A stretch of 64,000 bases of DNA from Lytechinus pictus (taxonomy: Eukaryota). The stretch covers positions 620,001 through 684,000 of the forward strand of contig NC_087245.1 in assembly GCF_037042905.1 (NCBI RefSeq), written 5' to 3'. Below the pieces are notes generated by a model. The model made no database searches. It saw nothing but the letters and a program-made list of their open reading frames with translations, and was not told the origin of the DNA. Shown here in pieces: positions 39,877-49,716 of this stretch (position 1 is the stretch's first letter; each line of letters begins with the position of its first letter). Position numbers and translations under genes: made by a program.

Positions 39877-42115
39877 CACTCATGGGATCAATGCATCTCG
39901 CGTGCGAAGGATTCATATGCACATGGTGCACGCAAATTTTTCGCACCCTTTTTACTGAAATAACTATGCCATTCCTTTAAAAATAATATTTCTAATTGTG
40001 CTATGACACTTACCGAACTATATGGATCGTTTCTTGTCTTCTCTTTGGTGTGTTTTTAAGAAAAAAAAAGCATTTTCTCGTGATCTTCACGTAGATACCG
40101 CAGGGTAATCGTGGTTGTAAACTTTTGCTTAAAGAGGGCGCGCGATATTATTCACAAGATGTTTGTTTACGGTTCTGCAGCTTGTACTGCTAGCTGCATT
40201 TTAGACGCTCAGCATTATTTTCCTCTTTCTGTTTTTTTTTTTGCTGTCAAGCGGTATTTTCTATTGTAGCGCCATCAGCGATGATGAAATGTAAAGAGTC
40301 GCCTTGAAATGAAGAAAAATTATGTCACATTAATTCGTTAGTTTGTTTCCTATTTTTTTGCACTTTTTTCTTCTTCCTCATCTATGATCAAAGGTGAATA
40401 CCTTTTTTTTTATATCTGTTCTAAAAGCTGGACATTTTAAATATTTTGTTCAAGTAAATAAATCAACAGGATAGTAATCAAAATGCGATAGAGCTGCCCG
40501 AGCTGAAAATTCTGATACAAGGACTTGAAAATAAAACATTCTGAGCACTTTTTATAACCATGATGAGGAGACCTATATATACATATGTATATGAAATAAG
40601 CTAACACGAAAAAGACGTTTTGGGGACTGTTAAATAAGAATTCATGAGTGGGATAGGTAACTATCTATTCTATCCTTGTTCGTTTTCTATTATTATTTGT
40701 GTGTTGTGTTTATTTTTCTTGAAGCACCAAAAGGTGGACATGTCCGCTAAGATATATTAACGAAGTCACCATTATTATCACAATTAAGCTAACGGATCAA
40801 AATGCGAGCGTGAAACGTGAGCTTCTTTTTTTCTTAATTCAGTCTTAACGATACTTTTTCATCATATTTTAAAGGTGAATCTCATGATTCAAAATGATAA
40901 ATGCTTGTCGCACGGGCAGAAATAGCGGGACCAATAGTTATTTTCAATATTCCGAACTGCATTCTGGACGTTGTATAAGCGCCTTTGTATAACAATTAAA
41001 AGGGTAGGCCTATTTACCTTACAAATTATGCGAGCGCTGAACTTTTGGACATTTAAACCTCAACAAATGGACATTTTTAAAATATGAACAACATCATAAA
41101 TGTCACTTACAAAAATGATGCCAGCGCGAAGCTCGCGCTTAGAGTTTTTTATATTGATGACAGGACTGTATCTAAATGAAAAATAATGCGAGGGCATTTG
41201 CGCTTAAGATTTAAATTTGGGATTTGAAAAGTCCGACAGATTACCTATACTTTTAAAAGAGGAATGACCTCCAGAATTCAAGCGCGAAGCGCCAGTAGAT
41301 TTATGTTGAAGTTTAGACCTAGAACAGGGACGTTGAACCTTTATAATCATGAAAAAGATGGTATTTTTATAAATAAAACATGGGAGTCTAATTTTGTTTT
41401 AGTGTTAATATTCAGATCTTCAAACTTGACATTTTCCTATCCCCTTCATCATCCCCTCTCCTTCTCCCTTTCCCCATTTTCGTTCTCCCTTCTTTTCTTC
41501 TCTCCCTTTCCCTTCCCTTTTTCGCTTTTCCTTTCCCTTCTTTTATTTCCTTTCTCCCTCCCCTACTCTTTTCTCGCTCTTTCCATTTTTCTTTCCCTCT
41601 CCCTTCCCCTCTTCCTTTCTTTTGTTTTCTTTCTATTTTATGGTCTCCTTTTCTCTCTCTCTCCTTTACCTTTCCCCCTCCCCTGATCTGTCTTTCATTG
41701 TCTCTCCTTTCCTTTACCGCCCCCTCCATTCCCTTTCTCGCTTTTTCCTTTCCCTTCTTTTCTTTCCTTTCTCCCTCCCCTACGACTTGAATCGAGAATG
41801 TTCGATAGGAAAATTTCGCATTTCGATTGTTGTTTGCGTAATTTCCACCGCAGTATGAGGATGACCAAGGACGGATCGAACGAAGTATCCTGGTTGAGAT
41901 TTGGAGGTAAGCGATAAAAACACCTTAATAAATAATTTATAATTCCTTTTTCAAATAATACGATCAAGATTAACATAGTGGACAAATATTGAAAGGCTTG
42001 GCGTAGTTTAGTCCCTCACATTCGTGTGATGAATGAAAACGTCAAAATGCACTATGAAATCACATGTGTTGTGCGAGGTTAGTATACCGTACTAACCTCG
42101 CATGTTGTGTGAGTG
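39877..42115 (-). mobile_element. CACTC hairpin element copy B (inverted, near-identical to copy A, with deletions)
   Basis: CACTC...GAGTG; 9-bp TSD ACAATTACT at 39868-39876 and 42116-42124. Confidence 0.85.
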
Positions 42116-42123
42116 ACAATTAC

Positions 42124-42810
42124 TAGGGTGTTTGGAGAAAAATATTATTTTTCTTATTTCAAGAAAATATCACATTTTCTTTGTGAATTTGAAGAGAAAT
42201 GACCTTCAGACTGACAGAAATGTAACATTTTTGAAAAAAATCTGATTATTGGCTACTAAAAAGAAGAATGAAATTGGGTCAATTTTCAGCATTTCTCTGC
42301 CATAGACTGTGTAGTTAAGAAATGGACACACACAAATCCAAATTTTTAGCTTCCGAGAGCTGTTAAGTGTTATAAATTTATTATTAATGCCAAAAACTTG
42401 TCCATAAAGAGTCCAATAGGATTTTTTATGCTCTTTCTGATGGTATGATTTTTATAAAGATTTGGAAACCAGATCACAATGAAAAATTGCGACAAAGTGC
42501 AAAATTGTGCAAAACAGAAATTTCATTTTCCCATAGAAAACGCATGGGGAAATGGCAATCTCAACACACACAAAAATAAGGGTTTGCAATTTATCTCTAA
42601 ATCCTCAATTCAAATGATCATATAAACTTGTCCTTACTGTCAAAAGAAGCCCCTGAATTTTCTCTTTCCATACATGCCAAACACAAGTTAATAATCAATT
42701 CAGATCACGTTTTTCTAGTAGCCTGAACTTCCCGAAAAAAATGTGCCACATTTTCCCCTAAATCAGCCTGTCTTATGCTGACACTTTTCAGTGTGGCTTC
42801 AGACACCCTA
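42124..42810. mobile_element. TAGGGTGT-ended non-autonomous element (hAT- or P-like)
   Basis: TAGGGTGT / ACACCCTA; (A)CAATTAC duplicated (7-8 bp); the host MITE sequence resumes afterwards. Confidence 0.75.
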
Positions 42811-42940
42811 CAATTACCACGATTATATTTATATGGATGAAGGTCTAACGAGTGGCAGTTTCCTGACATCTGGGCACAGATTGGAACCTCAAAAAAACGA
42901 AAAGTTCTCTCCTTCTATCCCCGTCTCGATCGGCCATTTT

Positions 42941-43900
42941 TGTCTCACCTGCATAGCAGAGTGAGACTATAGGCGCCGCTTTTCCGACGGCGGCGGCGAC
43001 GGCGGTGGCGGCGTCAACACCAAATCTTAACCTGAGGTTAAGTTTTTGAAATGACAGCATAACTTAGAAAGTATATGGACCTAGTTCATGAAACTTGGCC
43101 ATAAGGTCAATCAAGTATTACTGAACATCCTGCCTGAGTTTCATGTCACATGACCAAGGTCAAAGGTCATTTAGGGTCAATGAACTTAGACCATGTTGGG
43201 GGAATCAACATCAAAATCTTAACCTAAGGTTAAGTTTTTGAAATGTCATCATAACTTAGAAAATATATGGACCTAGTTCATGAAACTTATACATAAGGTT
43301 AATCAAGTATCACTGAACATCCTGCATGAGTTTCACATCACATGACCAAGGTCAAAGGTCATTTAGGGTCAATGAACTTTGGCCGAATTGGGGGTATCTG
43401 TTGAATTACCATCATAACTTTGAAAGTTTATGGATCTGATTCATGAAACTTGGACATAATAGTAATCAAGTATTACTGAACATCCTGTGCAAGTTTCAGG
43501 TCACATGATCAAGGTCAAAGGTCATTTAGGGTCAATGAACTTTGGCCAAATTGGGGTATTTGTTGAATTACAGCCATAAATTTGAAAGTGTGTTGGTCTA
43601 GTTCATAAAACTTGGACATAATAGTAATCAAGTATCACTGAACATCCTGTGCGAGTTTCAGGTCACATGATCAAGGTCAAAGGTCATGTAAGGTCAAAGA
43701 ACTTTGGCCACGTTGGGGGTATTTGTTGAATTGCCATCATATCTCTATAAGTGTATTGGTCTAGTTCATAAAACGTGGAAATAAGAGTAACCAAGTATCA
43801 CTGAACATCTTGTGCGAGTTATAGTAGTTTTCAAAATCAGCACTGCTGCTATATTGAATCGCGTGATGCAGGTGAGACGGCCAGAGGCATTCCACTTGTT
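42941..43900 (+). mobile_element. Helentron-associated (HINE/DINE-like) element with internal tandem repeats
   Basis: 5' GTCTCACCTGCAT with subterminal inverted ATGCAGGTGAGAC at 43866-43878; (GGC)n-like tract; about five 160-190-bp tandem units; inserted in a T-run with no clear TSD. Confidence 0.75.
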
Positions 43901-44113
43901 GTTAAAAACCGTAACAAAGTGGCCGATCGAGACTGGGGTAGAAGGAGAGAACTTTTCGTTTTTTGAGGTTCCAGTCTGTGCCCAGATCACTCACACTAGT
44001 AGTAGTACGAGGTTAGTAGTATTAGTATATATATACTAACCTCGTACACCGAACCGTGTTTGTCCCTTGATTTCGAAGTAGTCGGCAAACATCGCTTCAT
44101 TGCTGAAGTAATA

Positions 44114-45814
44114 CACTACTCAAAAAAAGTTAAGGACCACTTTTTAATGTGTGTATACAATTTTCAAACCGGGTGTTGTATTTCTAGAAATACCCGAATA
44201 TGGCTGTCTTGAATCTCCTCAAACACCCTGTAACAATTTCACACATGGGTGGTTTCAGTTGTTGCATGATGTCTCTCGCATTATTGCATATCCTGAAAAG
44301 TGGGCCCATTGTGAAGTGGTACAAATGTGGATTCAAATGCATTTTCTGTCTTTAGTCTCTACAATCAACAAATTGCTGACAACAGCAATGCCAAGATACA
44401 GCTGTCCAGGATGCCATCAAACACAATGAAATCAATTTCACACATGCAGTTCTTTCATGTCTCTTGCATCATTGCAATGTGCCCGTACAAAAGTGGCTTC
44501 CAAAGCATTTTCCGTCTTTAGTCTGTACAATAAACAACTTTCCTACAACAGCAATGCCAAGACACCACCTAAGTGAAACAGATGTAGCCAGAGCCCTAGG
44601 GATGCTGGAAGCTGGCCTCAGTCAGCGAAGAGTAGCCAGAATGATGGGCGTGTCACACAGTGTCATTAGCAGAGCAAATCAAAGACACCGAGAGACAGGG
44701 CTATACTCCGAGAGACCCCGCAGTGGCCGACCAGTTTCGACAACCCCTAGAGATGATCGCTACTTGACGAATCTCAGCCTCCGCAACCGCTTTCACAGTG
44801 CACGCCGCCTCAACAATGACTTCGCTGCAGCAACTGGAGTGATTGTTTCCACTCAAACAATCCGTAACCGACTTCACAGAGCCAATATGCATGCCAGACG
44901 GCCAGCTCAGTGTGTCCCACTCACCCCTGCTCACAGAAGAATTCGTCTCAACTGGGCCCGGGAGCATGTCAGATGGACCAGACAGCAATGGCGTAGAGTT
45001 CTGTTCACAGATGAGAGCAGATTTTCCCTTGACCACAATGATGGACGTTCGAGAGTCTGGAGGCGACCAGGAGAGAGATTTGCAGACCCCTGTATTGCAG
45101 AACATGACCGTTATGGGGGAGGCAGCGTCATGGTGTGGGGAGGCATCACCTACGCCAACCGTACTCGTCTCTACGTGGTCCCAGGGGGAGCAATGACAGG
45201 AGTGAGGTACAGGGATGAGGTCCTTGAACCTAAAGTGGTGCCATTTGCAGAAAATGTGGGACAAAACATCATTTTCATGGATGACAATGCCGGTGCCCAC
45301 CGAGCTAGGGTGGTGACCGAGTTCCTTGAGGGCCAGGGGATTGAGCGTATGGAGTGGCCAGCGAGGTCCCCGGACTTAAACCCGATAGAGCACGTCTGGG
45401 ACATGATGGGGAGGAGTCTCGAGCAGCTCGAAGCCCATCCACTTGGACTGCAGCAGCTGGGTGTGGCTCTGGAGGCTGCATGGGATGCACTGGACGTCAG
45501 AGACATCAATCGCCTCATCAGCTCCATGAGACAGCGCTGTGAAGCCGTTATTGCTGCAGGAGGTGGTGACACTCAGACATTCGTTTTTACCACTTCATGT
45601 CGGTAGCTGATACCCCTCGGGGCCCACTTTTCAGGATGTGCAGTGATGCGAGAGACATTGTGCAACAACTGAAACCACCCATGCGTGAAATTGATTACAG
45701 CGTGTTTAAGGACATTTAGGACAGTTGTACTGAGGTATTTCCAGAAATAAAACACCTTGTATAAAATCTTTATGTACGTTTTAAAAAGTGGTCCTTAACT
45801 TTTTTTGAGTAGTG
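44114..45814 (+). mobile_element. Full-length Tc1-family DNA transposon
   Basis: TA TSD; perfect 34-bp outer TIR extending imperfectly to ~195 bp; intact transposase ORF. Confidence 0.95.
44554..45606 (+). CDS. Tc1 DD34E transposase (350 aa from the first ATG)
   Basis: N-terminal HTH region, RSGRP motif, catalytic FTDESRF / MDDNA / SPDLNPIE with 34 residues between the second D and E; the ORF-track start at 44464 is TTG. Confidence 0.95.
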   Translation: MPRHHLSETDVARALGMLEAGLSQRRVARMMGVSHSVISRANQRHRETGLYSERPRSGRPVSTTPRDDRYLTNLSLRNRFHSARRLNNDFAAATGVIVSTQTIRNRLHRANMHARRPAQCVPLTPAHRRIRLNWAREHVRWTRQQWRRVLFTDESRFSLDHNDGRSRVWRRPGERFADPCIAEHDRYGGGSVMVWGGITYANRTRLYVVPGGAMTGVRYRDEVLEPKVVPFAENVGQNIIFMDDNAGAHRARVVTEFLEGQGIERMEWPARSPDLNPIEHVWDMMGRSLEQLEAHPLGLQQLGVALEAAWDALDVRDINRLISSMRQRCEAVIAAGGGDTQTFVFTTSCR

Positions 45815-47993
45815 TATTTGCCGAAACTCCTTCTCGCTACTCACCGGGGCTCTTTCCGGTAAGTAGCAATACATTAAAAAATTTTAAATGTAATTTGAAT
45901 ATAATATTAATAATCGGTCAAAAAGAGCAAATTTCGCTTACCTCGGCCTGGAAAGTAACTTCGCTTGTCTCTTCTACGGAAATACAAGGAGGCCCGTTGG
46001 TGGCGCTAATAAATTTCACAACCTTGATTCAGCTCCTCGGTAATTTTATAACTGTGTCTAAATTCTTTGAATGCGCAATTCTTATGATTAATTTACTAAT
46101 TATGGGCACCAATAAATGAAATACCTTCAAACATGTCAAAAACATAATTCAATATTATTATTGGCGATGACAACACTTTTCTGCAATTAATTTAAAACGA
46201 TGACTAATAAAGAAAAATTGAAAAAAATATACGTGCCTGGAACAAAACCAGCAGTACAGGCTTTAACGAACATCAATAATACGGTATATACCAAAGTCTT
46301 TACAATGAAAAGATTGGACACTTCACGGACTTTGCGTAATGACCTGCGTCAATTTGCGTGTAAAATAGTGTAGGTGCCTAGTCTTTCCCTTGTCGTGTCT
46401 TTGATATGAATATAAATCGCGCGCCCTCTTTAGACGAAAATTGATATCGGCGCTGACCAAATTTTATCTTCACTAAAGATCAAGAAAATATACATATATT
46501 TTAGAAGAAACTTCAAGGAGAAGTCACGGAAGGATCTAAATGATTGGGTAAGTGTCATAGCAAAATGTGAAATCCCTAATTATATGTGATGTTTTATGTG
46601 GGCGAAAGCCCAGTAGTATATGGATGTGTCGTGTGTGTCGCGTTATTATGAATGATATTCCTTTGCACTCGAGATGATATGAGCCCATGGGTGGCCCAGA
46701 TGTCAGGAAACTGCCACTCCTTAGACCTTCATCCATGTAATCGTGGTAATTGTATACTTTCTGTTTTCACAATTCATTTGGAGAAATATTTAGACCATAA
46801 ATCACCCTAGTCCCGTCAGTATGGTCAAATACGCGGTAAGCCCCTGGGCTCCCGCCCGCTGCGCGGGCGGGAGCTCCCTGGGTTAGGAGGCTTCTAGAGA
46901 GTAAAAATCATTTACTAACGTAAGGTTACTCTCATACGAAGCCAGGGAGTCCTCCCTATTCATCTGCGTGTACCGCAAAAAATCTGAAACTTTTGCCCCC
47001 GAGATTTCTACTTTCCTTCTAAAAAGTCTAGTTCTAAATCATGTACATGGGATAAAACTTCATTTCCGACATTTCTATGCTCTCACGCTCGCGTCCGTAA
47101 CGTTGGGGAAGTACAATAAGAAACAAGATGGCGGCTTAAACATCGGGCAAGTCTCTTCCGTCTTTTCACAATATTTTTTCATTTTTTTAAATGAATTCTT
47201 GTTTAAAAATAACAACGAGAGCGTAGAAATGTCGGAAATTAAGTTTTATTCCATGTACATGATTTAGGTCTAGATCTTTTAGAAGGAAAGTAGAAATCTC
47301 GGGTTGAAAGTTTCAGGTTTTGGCTTCCTTTGTGTGGGTCTATAAGATAGAAGCCCTGGCTTCGTATGAGAGTAACCTTACGTTAGTAAATGATTTTTAC
47401 TCTCTAGAAGCTGCCTGGCTACTCAAGGGTTCGATACATGCCGCCGTGCTAGTATTGAGGACTCCATGATGATGTCTTTATTAAATACTTTGACATATAC
47501 TTCTTCATCATTGGAGTCTTGAACCGCCCTATATGTATAAGAGACACATGTAAACAAAGATGGATTTCCCTAGGAAATCCATCTTTTAACAGTGAGTAGG
47601 CGCTGGTCAAAAAATTGGGAATGTCCCAGTTTACAGAATACAGGGACTGTCTCAGTTTTCAAAGATTTCTCCACACAAGAAATCTAGGAAAGTTCATTCA
47701 CCTGTCAAGTGCCGACATCAATTGAGTGCGCTAGTCAATGTAAACATATCAGGTTTCATATAACAAGATTATTGGAAGACAGCAAGTCATGAAAAATAGA
47801 CGGTGAACTGGGGGAATTGAGGTCACTGAATCTATTTTAAGCACTCTCAATCCCCGTAATTACTGTCTATGTCCCGCAGGGGTAAGTGAAAAAAAACTGT
47901 CCCCATAAACAAGGATAATCTCAATTTATCAAGACATGATTTGTCCTGGTTTAAGAGGATATGAGGATATGTTTAATATAAAAATCACGTATA

Positions 47994-49323
47994 CAGACCT
48001 GCCAACTGTCCCGATTTTATCGGGATCGTCCCGATTTACAACTTCCAAATGGCCAAAAATCGGGACGTCCCGATTTTTGAAATTTCATGTGAGAAAAAAA
48101 AACATTGTAAACTAAACCGAAAGAGGGCGTCATCATATTACCGCCGTATTTTTTCTTCATGCTATGCTACGTACTGCGATTCGCACAGCGTGTGTACAGT
48201 ATGCACTCTGCAGTTTAGTGTTCAGCAGTGCGTAATAGGTAATACATGTAGTATGGTTTGCTGAACCGCACTACGAAAAAAAAGTGACTTGGCCGTCGCA
48301 CACGGAACATGTGTTATTGTGTTTTTGTCTAGGCTTTTCGATTAATCTTCGATATCCTGGCGAATCAGTGCGGGCGACAAGTTCCGAACGCACGCACATC
48401 TAAGAGCGCAAAGCAGCGGCACAAATCGCGATATATAGCGACTGGTAAATACGTCTGTAAGGATGATGACGTCATCCAAGATGGCAACTTACGTTGACCA
48501 ACGAAAGGATCGAAGGTGACGATGTTTCGATTATCATTTGAAAGGAATTATAGCGGTAACTGCGGTCTAAGGTACAATATTTCTGAATTTTATACATTTT
48601 TACGAAAATATGAATGTAATTTCTTTTTCATAATGTGGTATTTTATGTACAAAAAAACGATCGGAAAATCGGTTTCCGCCGAATGTTAGATCTAACATTA
48701 CTGCTAATACGTTGTCTGTACGTACGGACCTCCAAGCTCTTCAGTCTATGTATTGGTGAGTGAGCCAACGCAGTTCAGCGGAACAACCAAAATACAGAGA
48801 CTGAAGCTTTTGGTCTAAGACATTACATGCTACGCCGCTTCTTACAGTGTAAGTGTGCTCAAGAATGCAAAGACAGCCACGTACAAAGCACTCCATCAGA
48901 AGGAAGGTGCTTCAAGTTCCACAGAATAATATTTAAGTTCAGTTGAAAGGTAGGTATATGTATAGTGTAAATAGTGCAAAATGTTGGGTGACATCAAAAT
49001 TAAGAGACTTGCTGTTGTATTAATTTACAAATAAATTACAAATAAATACAAATAATTTACAAATGATAAAAATGTACAAGCCCACTTTGATTACACCACA
49101 GTGAATTTCAAAAGATTTTGCAACCTTCAATACATTCATTTCAAGTATGAAAATTGTGTTCCCTTGGCCTTTATAGTTGCTAAAATCCAACAGCTTCGCG
49201 GGGCGCTGCCCTCTGAACCCCCGCAAGGGGCGCTGCCCCTGGACCCCGCTGGGGGACTAGGCGACCCCCAGCCGGTGGTTGTCCAGATTTGGGGTTTCCA
49301 ATTTCCAAATGTTGGCAGGTATG
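47994..49323. mobile_element. hAT-like non-autonomous element
   Basis: CAGACCTGCCAAC / GTTGGCAGGTATG TIR; GTCCCGATTT subterminal repeats; only CGTATA duplicated. Confidence 0.65.
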
Positions 49324-49716
49324 CGTATATTGTTGTGATTTTATTAATCTCTACGCCTAATGCGTAGGAAGGTTTTTAAAAATAAAGGTTTCTTACCAGA
49401 CCGATGTCGTGTAGATCCCTCGATCCAAATGTACACAACGCAAATACAATAGGGTTGACCCTTGAACCGCTTATGTATGACGTACATCCGGTTAGCAATG
49501 CCGTTTTGAAGAACAATTTATAGATAAAAATTATTATTTCACAAATACTAAAATTTATTACGTGATTATCAATAATTAGCAGTATAACACTAATTATTTA
49601 TAATCACGTAAGTTCTCGAAGTTCGGGTAGGTGAAGCGTAGTGTAGCGGTAGTGTTAAAAGTGGAGTGGAGCCTGCACAAACTTCGCTCGAGGTAGGTAA
49701 AATCAAGGCACGACGT

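Larger units (their letters stand above)
43988..46693 (+). mobile_element. CACTC hairpin element copy C (diverged), host of the Tc1
   Basis: CACTC...GGGTG; 8-bp TSD GCCCAGAT at 43980-43987 and 46694-46701; hairpin GTACGAGGTTAG...CTAACCTCGTAC; 46415-46693 is homologous to 39480-39751. Confidence 0.8.
39761..46885. mobile_element. Palindromic TAACCC...GGGTTA MITE (copy 2) expanded to 7.1 kb by nested insertions
   Basis: Segments 39761-39876, 42811-42940, 43901-43987 and 46702-46885 reassemble into the same MITE as 162-2125; TSD GGCGGCTTC / GGAGGCTTC. Confidence 0.85.
36161..47424. mobile_element. Outermost MITE of the 36-47 kb nest (~0.55 kb when emptied)
   Basis: 36161-36178 joined to 46895-46947 is the inverted match of ~47353-47424; TSD ambiguous. 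Confidence 0.75.

Noticed and set aside
36179..42115. A single foldback transposon with 2-3-kb arms
   Set aside because: The outer flanks do not match each other; each arm has its own 9-bp TSD, so these are two insertions
44701..45572. Antisense and alternate-frame ORFs of 117-199 aa
   Set aside because: Shadows of the GC-richer Tc1 transposase; no recognisable motifs
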